From NCBI RefSeq assembly GCF_009914755.1, contig NC_060932.1: 64,000 nucleotides of DNA, one strand, 5' to 3'. Numbering within the stretch: position 1 is the stretch's first letter; every line of letters starts with the position of its first letter. Of this stretch, positions 1 to 14,700 are shown piece by piece. The position numbers and the translations under genes are program-made. The stretch is from the human T2T-CHM13v2.0 reference genome, Homo sapiens. The notes below the pieces were generated by a model. It had not been told where the DNA came from and ran no database searches. It saw only the letters and a program-made list of their open reading frames with translations.

Positions 1-270
<270 letters not shown>

Positions 271-412
271 TACCCAGCTACTTTTTGCATTTTAGTAGAG
301 ACGGGGTTTCACCATGTTGGTCAGGATGGTCTTGATCTCCTGACCTCGTGATCTGCCCGCCTCAACCTCTCAAAAGTGCTGGGATTACAGGCGTGAGCGA
401 CCATGCCCAGCC
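271..412 (-). mobile_element. AluS left arm, probably the host into which the young AluY inserted
   Basis: Alu linker and left monomer resume immediately after the AluY 5' end. Confidence 0.85.
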
Positions 413-521
413 ATCTCTACTTTTTTTTAAAGAAATCATCTGAGATCCAAGAGTTGAAATTCCTATCTCCTCCTCCATTCCCATCTCACTTCTATTAGAG
501 GACATCTGAGAGCATTGGTGA

Positions 522-894
<373 letters not shown>

Positions 895-1420
895 TGTTTT
901 ATTCATTTTTAACCACTTCAGTATTCAGCCTAGTCCCTAGCTCACTGAGGTTCTCGGCCACTGTTTATAAGGTTGAAATATGAATCAAATCCTATCCTGA
1001 GGAGTGTCTGAGGCAATCGGGGGTGTGGAGGGGAGGATCATCCTGGCCTTGGGCTATGGCAGGGACAGGCCAGGGGCCCAGACCAGGCTAAATAGGTGCA
1101 ACGGAGGGAAAATGACACAGGTCATGTTCAGAAAGTGAGAAAAAACAGAAAAGAGAAAATGGAAATGAATAAAACTGACATGCTTCAAACAGTCTGACCT
1201 CGTAAATTCGAGTCATTTTGTTTTACATTAAAAAATATCATCCACAAATAGGCAATACCCAAAAAAGAAATCTAGGGACCTTAAACATATGAAAAAACTT
1301 AATAGAAGTCAAAAATGACACTTAGAAAAAGATACAAGAGCTCAGAGTACTAAAGACAAAAAAGAATGTGTGTACCCCATTGGTGGTTCTCCTGTCCATC
1401 GTTGGCAAGATGTAGATTAT

Positions 1421-1551
1421 AGCTGGGCCCAGTGGCATGCACCTGTAGTTCCAGCTACTTAGGAGGCTGAGATGGGAGAATTGCTTGAGCCCAGGAGTTC
1501 GAGACCAGCCTGGGCAAAATAGAGAGACCCCCATCTCTTTTTTTTTTTTTT
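1421..1551 (+). mobile_element. FLAM monomer followed by T14
   Basis: Single Alu monomer ending gagacccccatctc, then a T-run. Confidence 0.85.
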
Positions 1552-1649
1552 AAGTGAATAAAAAAATGTAAATTGATGCAATATTAAAATGTGCATACCC
1601 TTCAATTCGATAATCTTCCAGGAAATTCTCTTAAGGAAGTTATCAAGTC

Positions 1650-1920
1650 CTGGCACTGTAATCATAACACTTTGGGAGGATCACTTGAAGCCAGGACTTT
1701 AAGACCAGCCTGGGCAACATAGGATGACCCCTGTCTCTACAAAAAATAAAAATAATTAGCCATATGTGGTGGCATGCACTTGTACTTACAGCTACTCTGG
1801 AAGCTGAGGCAGAAGAATCACTTGAGCCCAAAAGTTCAAGGCTGCAGTGAGCTATGATTATTCCACTGCACTCCAGACTAGGCAACAGAGTGAGACCCTG
1901 TCTTAAAAAAAAAAAGAAAA
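1650..1920 (+). mobile_element. AluJ, degenerate 5' end
   Basis: Alu dimer with A-rich linker and A tail. Confidence 0.85.
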
Positions 1921-2186
1921 TTGTCAAACAAATGTATGCTAGTATGTACAAGATTTTATTGCAGCATTGCCTATAATAATAATAATAAATGGTAAACAAC
2001 TAACTGGTTAATGATAGGCTGCTATTAAATAAATTATGGTACACCCACGCAATAGAATATTATGTAGACATAAAAAAAAGTGACAATTCTCTATTTTTGA
2101 CATTGAAAGATGTTTATGATATAGTAAAAGTGAAAAAAATCAGGTTACAAAATTATCATATAATCCCATTCTTGTATTTGTGTGTT

Positions 2187-2528
2187 GTTATAGGCTGAAT
2201 GTTTGCATACCTTCAAAATTCATATGTTGAAATCCTAACCTCCAATGTGATGATATGAGGATGTGGGGCCTTGGAAGGTGATTAGGTCATATGGGTAGAA
2301 CCCTCATGAATAGGATTAGTGTCCTTATAAAAGTGACGCCAGAGAGATTTTTTGCCTTTTCTGCCATGTGAGGTTACAACAGTCTGTGTGGAAACAGGGC
2401 TCTCGCCAGACAGTGAATTTGTCGGCACCTTGATCTTGGGCTTTCCAGCTTCCAGAACTGTGAGAAATAAATTTCAGTTGTTTATAAGCCATAGTAGTTT
2501 TGTTATAGCAACCAAAATGGACTAAGAT
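2187..2528 (+). mobile_element. MaLR solo LTR (MLT1A/MLT1A0-like)
   Basis: tgttataggctgaatgttt...aaattcatatgttgaaatccta...ttgttatagcaaccaaaatggactaaga. Confidence 0.85.
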
Positions 2529-3479
2529 GCATGTATATTGATAAATACATAGAGAATTTTCAAAAGTCTGGAGGAATGTCTGCTACGTATGGTGGTTATG
2601 TATGCATGCTTTAACTTTTCCTCAGTAAAACAAAATAAATTTTATATTCCATGTGAACTATCCATGACCTGGCAGTCAGGTGAATGAGTTAGCTGCCTCC
2701 CTTCATGCACTGACTACCTGTCCACATTGGCCATGACTGGAGATTCCAGTTACATGATCCCCATCAGGACATGAGTCTAAAGCCACTAGCAGAGAAACTC
2801 TTCCCAGACCAGAGCAGGTCAGACAGGGTGGGTGGCCTTTTTTTCTCTTGCCTGCAAGAGCAGAAGAGGAAGAAACTGCTCCTCAGATGGGCAGGTTCAT
2901 GAGGACAAAGGTGGTGACCGTCCTCAGTAGCTCTGCTGTGGAATTAGGACACTCAGGTGAGAGCTGGGACAGCCTGACTGAAGTCCTACTCCACAAAGCA
3001 GTGGTAAACGGGCAGTGGGGAGGAGGAATGTAAGACCCTTTCCCCCAAGGGGTCACCAAGTCCAGACCTAATTGTCATGCCTCCTTACTGAGGCACATCC
3101 CTGAGCAAATGGGTCACAAAGCAGCTAACTCCAGGCACCAGCACATATTTGAAGTAAACACTTGGGCTTGAGCGTGGCCCAGGCTACAGAAAAGCAAAAA
3201 CGTCTCTGGATGAATGGAGAAGCAAACAGGAGGGAGTTCAAGCAAAAGTCAGGATGGTCCCTAGAAGTAGGTCCTACTTTATCTGACAGTCCACCAGAAC
3301 TTTTTCTTCTGTTATTTACTGACACTTCCAGCTGGGTGCTATTGTCATTGCATGTCTCTTCAGGCATTTCATATTTTACCTCCCTTATTATTAGGCTGGC
3401 CATGCCCCGAGGAAAGGCTAGTTTCACAAATCTCATCCCACCTCTTCAGTACCAAGTATGGTGCCTTGTGCAGTAGATC

Positions 3480-3650
3480 ATTCCTTTGATATGTGGTTAT
3501 TGAGAGCCTGCTATGCCAGGCACCATGATAGGCATTGGAGAGTCTGTAGTGACCAGGACAGATGGGCCTCCTAACTCAATGTATGCACATTCTAGAAGAT
3601 GAGCACCTTACACTGTACAAATAAGTAAACAAGAGAATATGAAACTGAAC
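3480..3650 (+). mobile_element. L2 3' fragment
   Basis: tattgagagcctgctatgccaggcaccatgataggcattggag resembles an L2 terminal region; orientation uncertain. Confidence 0.5.
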
Positions 3651-3955
3651 GCAAGGAAGTCCACCTGCCATTCGACTCAATGAGCCCAGTCCAGAGAGAG
3701 CCTGAGATGGGAGAAGTGAATCTGCTGTTTCCTCCTGAGCATCTCCCCATGCTAAATGAGATTCAGCTGTTAATGTATTTTCTTATAAAACATCATGCTT
3801 AAATAAAAGCCAACGGCTTCCTCTGGTGTTTGACCACAGGAAACATCAATGTGTTCCAATTTGGAGGAAAAAATGGTTCTATCAAACTTACTGAGTGATG
3901 GTATGTGTTTTTCAACATGGTCACCTCTCTAGGGAATTTTCAAGGGTTATGTTGA

Positions 3956-4292
<337 letters not shown>

Positions 4293-4605
4293 TGTGTGGA
4301 CTTTAGAACCTAATCTCTAATAAAGTTGGACTCCTCTGCCTGTTATGCTGTCCACTGACTATCCACTAATTCAATCTGTGGCATTCACTAACTCAGTACC
4401 GTGTGTTACAAAGTCCCTACTATGTGTCAGTAACTATTCTACACACCGAAACTAGAGAGATGAATCCAAAGAAGTACCACTCTCAAAGAGGGAACAATAT
4501 CTTCAATATCTAATATTTGTATAATGTTTTACATCTACAAAGTGTTTTGTAATGCTGATCCAGTTTTATCTACCCAGCATCTCTCATTTTCTGGGATTGC
4601 ACCTC

Positions 4606-4971
4606 TGTCTTAGCTTGAGCTACTATAAAAATACCATAGACTGGGTGGCTTAAACAACGGATGTTCATTTCCCAATTCTGGAGCTGGGAGGTCCAAGATC
4701 AAGGTACTGGCAGATTTGGTTCTTGGAAGATCCTCTTTCTGGTTTATAGATGACTTTTCACTGTGTTCTCTTATGACCTTTCATTGGTGTATGTGAGGAA
4801 ATCTCTGTCTTCCTCTTCTTAAAAAGGTGCAAATCCCATTTTGAGGATACCAGCCAAGATCTCATCGAATCCTAATCACCACCAAAGGCACCAACTCCTA
4901 ACACCAGCACTTTGGGATTTAGGGCTTCAATGTATCAAACTTAGGGGCCTACAAACATTCAGCCCGTAGCA
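4606..4971 (-). mobile_element. MaLR solo LTR (MLT1A/B-like)
   Basis: tgtcttagc...ataccatagactgggtggcttaaacaac...acaaacattcagcccgtagca. Confidence 0.8.
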
Positions 4972-5049
4972 ACCCCGTAGCACCCATACCTTTAGGAAAT
5001 ACTCTTTCCCACACTGCAATCCTGTGTTCTCAGTGGGAGCCATCACAGT

Positions 5050-5836
<787 letters not shown>

Positions 5837-7582
5837 TCTTTTTCAGACATCTTTTCATTTTCTCCTCACCTTGAGGAAGGAGCTCAGAGAGGTTAAGTGA
5901 ACTGCCCAATATCCCACGGCTCCAGAAGAGAGCAGCAAGAATTCAAATGCTGCTTCACATCCTGGTTCACGCCCTCAAAAGAGGTTTCCCGCCCTGGATG
6001 CCAGCCTCTCTCACAGGTGTTTTCTGTACTCTCAGTGGTGTCTTTTTTACAGCCCAGAGCCGCACATGTCCTGTCCGTGTTCCGGTCCTGCGGTGACTCA
6101 CAGTCACATCACAGTGCAGGCAGACGCTCCCCTGACAGCCCATTGGCTCTTCGTTATCTGACTCCTGCCTACCTCGCCCAGCCCCCTCCTCCTCCCTCCA
6201 GCTCATGTGTGCTCCCCATCCAACCCCCTGCGTGAGTCACATGCTGCTCCCTCGGCCAGAGCCTTTGTTTGCCTGCCTTGGAGGCCTGGCATATGCCCCA
6301 GTCCCCACCCACCCAGGAAGCCTCCACTGCCACCTACCACCCAGGCGGAGCCCCGGCCTCCTCCTTCCTCTGTGTCTTCCTGGGATCGACCTCCAACCCA
6401 GCAGCTGTCTCATTGTTTTCAAATTCCCAACCTCTGCCTTCCAGAATAAAGGCATGTGGGGACAGGGACAGGAACTTCATCTATCTCTAGCCCCCTGCAC
6501 AATCCCTGCCACATAGTGGTATTCAGTTTGTTGCTCAGGGGATAAACAAGAGCACCAGAAATATGAAGGTCGATGCAAATATCGAGTATTCATATTTCTT
6601 TAATAATCCACATTGTTTGGGAGTCAACTGATGTGATGCTTTGAAGCCAGTGAAAGCTGAACGGGCAAATCTGAAATACCTTTTCAGAGATTCATCTGCA
6701 CTCTATGTACCCAATTAATGCTGAGCCATTAGTCCTTTCCGAAGCTGCCAGGATCTATTAAGCCATTTAACTTATCCTTCCGCACTTCAGGATCAGTCCC
6801 AAGGGCATTTTTTCAGGCCTGGGCAGCCAAACTATAAATGACTTAAGTGGTGAGCTTTCTCTCACTCCCCCTGGGACCCCAGTCCTCCAAAGCAGAGCTT
6901 TAATGGCGCTAAAGCACTGTGAAGCGAGGAAGCGCCTAAAGCTGCCACTAGAGTCGGCCTCAACCCTGAAGGAAATCCTGGTTTGGAGCCCTTGCTCAGG
7001 GCGGGCCTTCTGAATAACTGCAACAGGAAAGCACCCTCTGTGGGGTGATTGGAATGGTCCCAGGAAAGTCCCCAGGCCTAAGGATGCCCCTCAGGAATTC
7101 ACAACAGTGCCTGAAATCCCCTCCATTTATCACTTAATAAGTATTTCTTGAGCACCTACTAGGTGCCAGGCACTTAGGGATTCTGACAGGAATCCTTATA
7201 GGTTTGTTATTTTGAGCTAACTGAGGCTTTATCCTGAGCTCAAAAGCAAATATCTCTTGGAGGATAACCCACTGAGCATTATCAAGTCATCAAATACCAT
7301 CCTTCCCAGGACACCACTAAGGAAGGTGGCAGCTGTATGGGGAGGGTCTTAGGACTCATATGGATACAAGTTGCTGGGGAAAAGAAGAGGAGTGAATCCT
7401 GTGGAACACAGGCTAACTCCCTGTGTCATGAGTGGCTGCCATGGGTCAGGTCAAAGGCAACTTCCATTTCCCCACCCCTGCAGCCTCATGAAATTGCAGA
7501 GAAACAAGCAGGGTGGGCATGTCAAATACACCTCGTTTATCAGATTCGCCTATATTCCTCAACCTGGTATCCCCCCCCCCGC

Positions 7583-7886
<304 letters not shown>

Positions 7887-8029
7887 TAATTCTCTTAAGA
7901 AATGCTTTAGATCTGCAAGTGGGGTGTGCAGATCTAAGCTTCCTAGGTTTGGCATATAGTTTAGCCTCTGTGAGCAAAACCTATTTAGCCAGGACCAACT
8001 CTAAGTTGCACCCATAATAATAACACAAC

Positions 8030-8250
8030 AGCTAGTGCTCTCATTTACCAAGTACCCACTAGATGCCAGGTGCAGTAGTGGATGCTCTGTGTGATTGGTG
8101 TTTTGCAATCATGTCAAGGGCATATACTTTTAAGAACCCAACGCTTCGAGGGGATATTTGCTCAAGATCACACAATTAGTCAACAGATGAGGTAAGAGTA
8201 AACACAGTCCCCACTTGTGCAACTCCAGGACCCATATTCATGACTATTAT
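8030..8250 (-). mobile_element. MIR remnant
   Basis: catttaccaagtacccactagatgccagg...ttgctcaagatcacacaattagt. Confidence 0.55.
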
Positions 8251-8331
8251 GCTGCGGAAATCATGAACCAGATAAAGTTCACCTTTAGTCCCTTGTCTAC
8301 ACCCTGAAGGTGTAACATGAGGGATCCCATC

Positions 8332-8702
8332 TGCTATGGTTTGAATGTGCGTGCCCGCTCCAAAATTCATGCTGAAACTTAATCCCCAGCGCAACTGTAT
8401 CGGAAGGTAGGGCCTTCTGGTGGTGGGGTTGAGTGCTCTGCCCTCATGAATGGCATTAATGCCTTATAAAGAGGCTTCACACTGCGTCTGCTCCTTTTTG
8501 GCCTTTAACCTTCCTCCACGTAAGGACACAGTGAACAAGGTGCCATCTTGGAAACAAACAGCAGCCTTCACCAGACACCAGACCTTCTGGCACCTTGACC
8601 TTGCGCTTTCCAGCCTCCAGAACCGTGAGAAATCAATGTTTATTGTTTATAAATTACCCAATCTGTGGTATTTTTTTAAAACAGCATAATGGGACTAAGA
8701 CA
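8332..8702 (+). mobile_element. MST-family (MSTB/D-like) solo LTR
   Basis: TG...CA ends (tgctatggtttgaatg...ggactaagaca) with 5-bp TSD CCATC on both sides. Confidence 0.9.
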
Positions 8703-10258
8703 CCATCAGAACTTGGGACCAAAAGAATACTTTTGCCCTCTGAGAGCTGATTCTTAACACAGAATAAAAATGAAGAATTACTTTAAAGAGATGGACTACC
8801 TCAAGGGTAACTTGATTAAAGGTCTGGAGGGAGGAGGAGGGTTCAGTGGTCGGTCACAGTCTCCCACAACAGATAAAATTAGGGACACACTACTATCATT
8901 TCAAAATGTGATTAATGTAAAAAATTTAAATAAGATATTTTATATTCTTTAAAATCAGGACTACATTTTTAACCACATCCTCTTACTACCAAAAAGAAAG
9001 TCCTGCGCCATCACTAGGGCAGTTTTCTCTCTGGTGGGGAGAGATGTACTGGGAATTATCACAGCCCGGTGATTCCAGCCGCTGCTACTTTCTAAGTTCT
9101 TCTCCCACCCAGTGTTGGTTCTCCACAACATGCTGTTCATGGATATCTGATCCTTGGCAGTTACAGCTCACAGTAAATTAGCAAACAGAAATTGGGATTA
9201 TTCATCCACTCTCGTGAATTTCAGGCCTAGTCACCTCCAGGTACACCATGAATATGCCAGGCCCTGGGACCCAGTGCCCACCCGTGAGGCCCATCCAGGC
9301 ACTGAGCTGGCCTGCCCAGGCAGACCTGTAAGTGCGTCTCAGGCCTTTAGATGGTCATGGGCCCTGCCAACCCTCTCCCTCCTCGGGAATCCTGTGTTTT
9401 TGAACTGGCCCTGGTTGGCCTGCACATCTCATGGGAAACAGGTACGACCTGCTACTGCAGGGCCAGAGTGGGGCACTGGTCTTTTCAGCCTGCCTCCCCA
9501 GTCCCTTTGGACTCCGCCTTCTAAGGGCTCATGACTCTTTGCCGGACAAACCAATCATGCTTTTACCTTTGCCAGGTGTTAAAAATAAAAAATAGCTTTG
9601 GCGGCATCGAAATTCATTATAACTTATTATATAAAATACATACTTTTATTATTAAATATAGCATTATATAGTATAAATATAGATATGTATTAAATATTTA
9701 TAATTAAATTTTAGAATTTTTCAATGTGTAAAAAGTAGAAAGAAAAATATAATGAACTCCCATAGCCTCATCACCTTGTTTCAATATTAATCAACATCTA
9801 GTCAGCCTGGTTTTACCCAACCACCACACCTTCCTACTCTGAACATTTTAAAGCAAATCCCAGAGGACACATGATTCCACCCACAAATACTTGGCTATGC
9901 ACTCCTAACAGATAAGCACATCTTTAAAAACATAGCCGTAATACTGTTATTACCTCTAACAAAATAAACAATAAGCCTTTAAGATGATCTAATACCCAGT
10001 CTCAATGTTCAAATTTCCCAGATTGTTTCAAAAGTATCTTTTTATAAATAGTCGTTCTGGAAGCAAACAAGATTCAAATACTGCATTTGGTTGTTATATC
10101 TATTTTATTCTGAGACCACCCCTCTTCCCAATTTGTTCTAATACCATTTATTTGTTGTAGGAAGTAAATTGCCCCACATTCTGGATTTATTTCCTTTTGG
10201 TGTTAACTAGTTCCATTACCACCAGTATTTTCTATAAACTGTGAAGTTATATTTAGAG

Positions 10259-10558
10259 CAGTGCTGTCCAGTGGAAATATAATTTGAACCACATATTTAA
10301 TTTTAAACATTCTCTTTTAAAACTTAAAAAAATAGGTGAAATTATTTTAATAACTTATTTAATGTAAAATAGCCAAAATATTATCATTTCAAAGTGTGAT
10401 TAACATAAAAAATTATAGATGAGATATTTTATATTCTTTTTCTTTTATATTCTTCAAAATCAGGTATGTATTGTGCACTTAAAGCACATCTCAGTTCAGA
10501 ATAGCCACATCTCAAGTGTTCAAAGGCCACCTGTGGCTACCGGATAGGATAGGGCAGA
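10259..10558. mobile_element. hAT-Charlie MITE (MER33/MER3-like)
   Basis: cagtgctgtccagtggaaatataat...atagccacatctcaagtgttcaa...tgtggcta...ggatagggcag. Confidence 0.75.
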
Positions 10559-10653
10559 TCTAGGAGTTTCAATAGATTCCATTTTAAAGTTTTAATGTGC
10601 AACGAATACTTCATGGGTGTTGCTGTGTAGTTCCTGCTTTAAAGTTCTCTGTC

Positions 10654-10957
<304 letters not shown>

Positions 10958-11035
10958 TATAAATGCATGGGTAGGTAGGCACCAAAAGCAGGATTTGAAC
11001 CTTGGCCAAGTATGTTAAATACTATGTAAGAGTGG

Positions 11036-11199
<164 letters not shown>

Positions 11200-13384
11200 T
11201 GATGATCATTTCTGAATTCATTATTTCATTAGGGACTGCAAACTCATAATTTTCTAATTCTGTTATTCCTTCTGCATTTATTAGGGGTAAATTCTTACAT
11301 AAAAATGACCTTTACCTTGTTGGCTCTTTAGTTACTCTGAAATATAGTTCACACAGGAAAGATGGGATCGATGCTTGTTCTCTGTCAATTTTTAGAGAAA
11401 TGAGTTGATACCCAAACAACCTCTAGTGGTGATCAATGAGGGGTCTCTTTTTATCATCGCGAGCTCATGGATTTCTATATTTATTACCTTTCCATATATT
11501 GCAGTCATTATTCTTTTGCAATGTTAAAAATGAACCCATCTTTGGCCAGTAGGACTCTCCAGCTGGCTTCTGGACCAGTTTTTAAGAGCTTTTCTGCTTT
11601 CTGGTAAAATCACATGTATAAAGCTCATCTTGGACATTTCCTATCCCAGCAGGAATCAGCTATTTCTCCAAAGGAGTCATTGCTCATTTTACTGCTCTGG
11701 GCATCTCTGAACGATACAAAAAGATCTAAAGAAAGGGAATTAGAAACACCAAGATGATCAATAGGACAAAGATGTTACCTTTTTGGAAGAAGATGGGTAG
11801 GGTGAAGGAAGACAGCAAGTTTGAAGAGGGTCTTGCATGGCCTTACCTGCTCTGCTCATCTCTTTCTCTAAATCTCTGCTCTCCTCTCCCTTTACTCTTA
11901 GGACTAGAACTATTGCCACTGAGGGCAGGTGAAAGTTCAGCCAACTCGGAACCCGGAGGCCCCACCTTACCTCCCTTTGTGAAGAGCCCAGAGCCTTTGT
12001 CCAAAGCTGCATCACTTCCCACCCAGCCCTTCCTGAGCCAACTCCCCGATGTCTCCAGAAGAACACAGTCGGCATCATCGTGATAACATCAGGGAAACTC
12101 CTATTTCCAGCAGTTTCTCCTTCAGCTGCAAAAATGTGCAGCAGTAGACAGGGCGTGGGTTTTTGAAGTCTCTGCAGGAAGTAGAGTTATTTTCTCAGCA
12201 CCACATCTGAGCGCATCTTCTAAGGGTGGCCGACTGTGTGGGAGCTGCAGGAGCTCAGCCGGGATGCAGCCCTCCCATTCCCCACCCTGTCCACTACCAC
12301 CACGCCTGGATCCGACAGGCAGGGCAGGACCCCATGCCACGTGGTAACTGTTAAGGAAAATGGAGCCAGGTAGGGGGGATGTCTGATACCCTTCCTGGTT
12401 TTCCTGAGTGTTCTTTGTCTCCCCAACTCCTACTCACAATAAATCTGACTACACTTAAACTTAGATCATCATAAGAGACCCCGCAAATGCCCACCATCCT
12501 CCACTGCTGTGATTATGAATCTAGAATGGACATTTCATATCAATGCCACAGTCCCCTGAGACCATCAGCCAGAAATGTTATCACAACTCCCTCGCTTTGC
12601 CCTCTATTCCCAGAAGGCAAGGAAAGAAGGAACCCAGTTTCCCAGCACCCAGATGCCTACTGATCCCGGCACGCAGCTCAAAGTTCAGTTACATTAATGA
12701 TGGGCCTACTGCATGCTTGGGGCGCTTCCCTGTGTGTTTTGTGTGGTCCTTTCAGAAGTCCTATGGATAGACATTGTTAGCCCTATGGTATAGCTGAAGT
12801 TGAGAATCCCTGGTGGTTAAGTCATTCCCCCAGATCACATGGATGGCAAGTGACAGAGGCAAGACCCATCCTTGGGTCAGGTATGAACGTCTCGAAGGCT
12901 TGGATCTGTCTGCACGTGGGTGATTATCACATCCAGACTTGCACTGAAGGTCATGCTGGCTGCCATGGGCTGTGAATACCTTTCCTCAATCAGGCACTTT
13001 GTGTCTATTATCTCATTTAATCTTTGTTCTGCTTTATAAAGTGGCTCTTAATATGCCCCCTCTACAAATGAGCCACCTTATCTAATGTCACTAAGATGTG
13101 TACCTGGACCTGATTCCAAAGCCTATGCAGTTTCCATTAAGCACCTCTGCCTTTTGAAAAGTAGGTAATTTCTCCATCTCTCCTAGCCCCCATTTTCTGA
13201 ATCTGTGGCACATTAAATGCATATAAATGCAAAGACAGATGACAGTATCTCCATGTCTGAAAGGTAGCCTACGTGTGTTAGCCTCTGGAGGCACCCTGCT
13301 AGGAGGCTGGAATCTGGGATCCAATGCGGTCCAGCATTTAGCAGAGTGTGCCGCTGCTCCAGGCTCCAGAGCATTCTAGGTGCT

Positions 13385-13720
13385 ATGTAACATTTGACAT
13401 TTTGACATGGGCATTAGAAAAAAAAAATACAACTAGCACACTAAAGTCATTATTTCAAATATTGATCAGGATAAAAATATGTTAACAAAAAAGTCATTAA
13501 AAATAATGAGCTTCTTGTGAGTGATTTACAGATTTGACTAAAATGCAAACTGTCAGTGACAAATATGAGAATTAATATACTCCAAAGGGTAATGAAGGAA
13601 CAGTCCTCCTGACATCTTTACATGCCAGGTAGCACCCTGGCCTTTTAGAGAGGTAGGGATAGCAATTGTAAAGCAGCACTGGGTCCCCTAGCTAGAATCG
13701 TCCATTACTGGCTTTTGTCA
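13385..13720. promoter_or_regulatory. Candidate developmental enhancer (TALE/HOX/POU motif cluster)
   Basis: Repeat-free AT-rich DNA with TGACA at 13395 and 13403, TGATTTAC at 13522, ATGCAAA at 13543 and TGTCAgTGACA at 13551-13561. Confidence 0.35.
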
Positions 13721-14369
13721 CTAACTGAAAAATGCGGTCATGGTTTCCTTTTCTCTGGCACATTAAAAATAAAGGACATCTTTTTCCTTTCATGTGGACA
13801 TCTGATGAGATTTACTGAAACTCTACCTTTAACGCTGCAAGAGTTTATGGGAAATAGTAATCCACCCCAAGAATAAACAGTAAATGGAATGACGATTTTC
13901 TAGGAAGTGCTGTGTCTGGCTGCGGCAGAAGCAGCAATGAGCTAAGAGAGGTTTTTTGGCAGCCCTGAAGGGCCATTGAGAACTGTGAACTGTGATGAAG
14001 AAAGCATTCATCCGTTTATATCTCTGTGGGAGTGCCTTCTGTGAGGCATCAGGGTGTCTGCCTTATCTGGGGATTTCCTCTGGCATTACAGAAAATGATG
14101 CAGGTTTTGCCTCTGTTCCCCGGAACAAGAGGTGAGAGGCTGGCCTGGCTGGCGTGAGATTCTCACTCGTGGTCATTCTCACTGAGGTTGGCTCAGAAAT
14201 CTGGGTGAAATGATTCACCTGCTGCGTTGGCATGGCTTGGAGGGCAGCTTGAAGCTGAGTTTCCAAAGCTGAGCCCTTTGCCTAGGAAAACTCATTTCTG
14301 TTCTCTCCTTTCCTAAGGACAGGCTGTGGTCAGCAAGCTCAGTGGTTCATGGAATGTCTTTAGAAAACA

Positions 14370-14700
14370 AGTTGCTCCATGTATGCAAGAAACTGGTACC
14401 CAAATGCCGGTTGTGGCAGTATTTGCAGCAGCAAAAGGTTGGAAACGAGTCTATAATTCATGAGTGGGCAACTGGCTTATGTGATGCGATGTGACGTGAT
14501 GAAATATAATGCGGCTATTTTCAAACGATGACAGCACACTGCTGTCATTGACAGTGTCAGGTCTGATAGATTTAAATGGGCATGGTGGGGCAGAAAATGA
14601 TCTGTAGAGTGATTCCATTGCCGTGTACAGTGCATCTGTATGTATGGCCTAGGAAAGGGTCTAAGAGGCACTCCTTGCCTCCAGATGGGGTGCAGGGCTG
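14370..14700 (+). mobile_element. Highly degraded L1ME-like 3' fragment
   Basis: gcagtatttgcagcagcaaaaggttggaaac...tgaaatataatgcggctatt. Confidence 0.45.

Larger units (their letters stand above)
1220..2180 (+). mobile_element. Ancient L1ME-like 3' fragment interrupted by FLAM and AluJ
   Basis: A-rich sequence with L1M 3' motifs (ttattgcagcattg...ataataat; aaataaattatggtacaccca). Confidence 0.6.

Noticed and set aside
12030-12260. Processed pseudogene or coding exon
   Set aside because: The composition looks exon-like, but the frames I translated hit stops, resemble no protein I recognise, and have no poly(A) or TSD.
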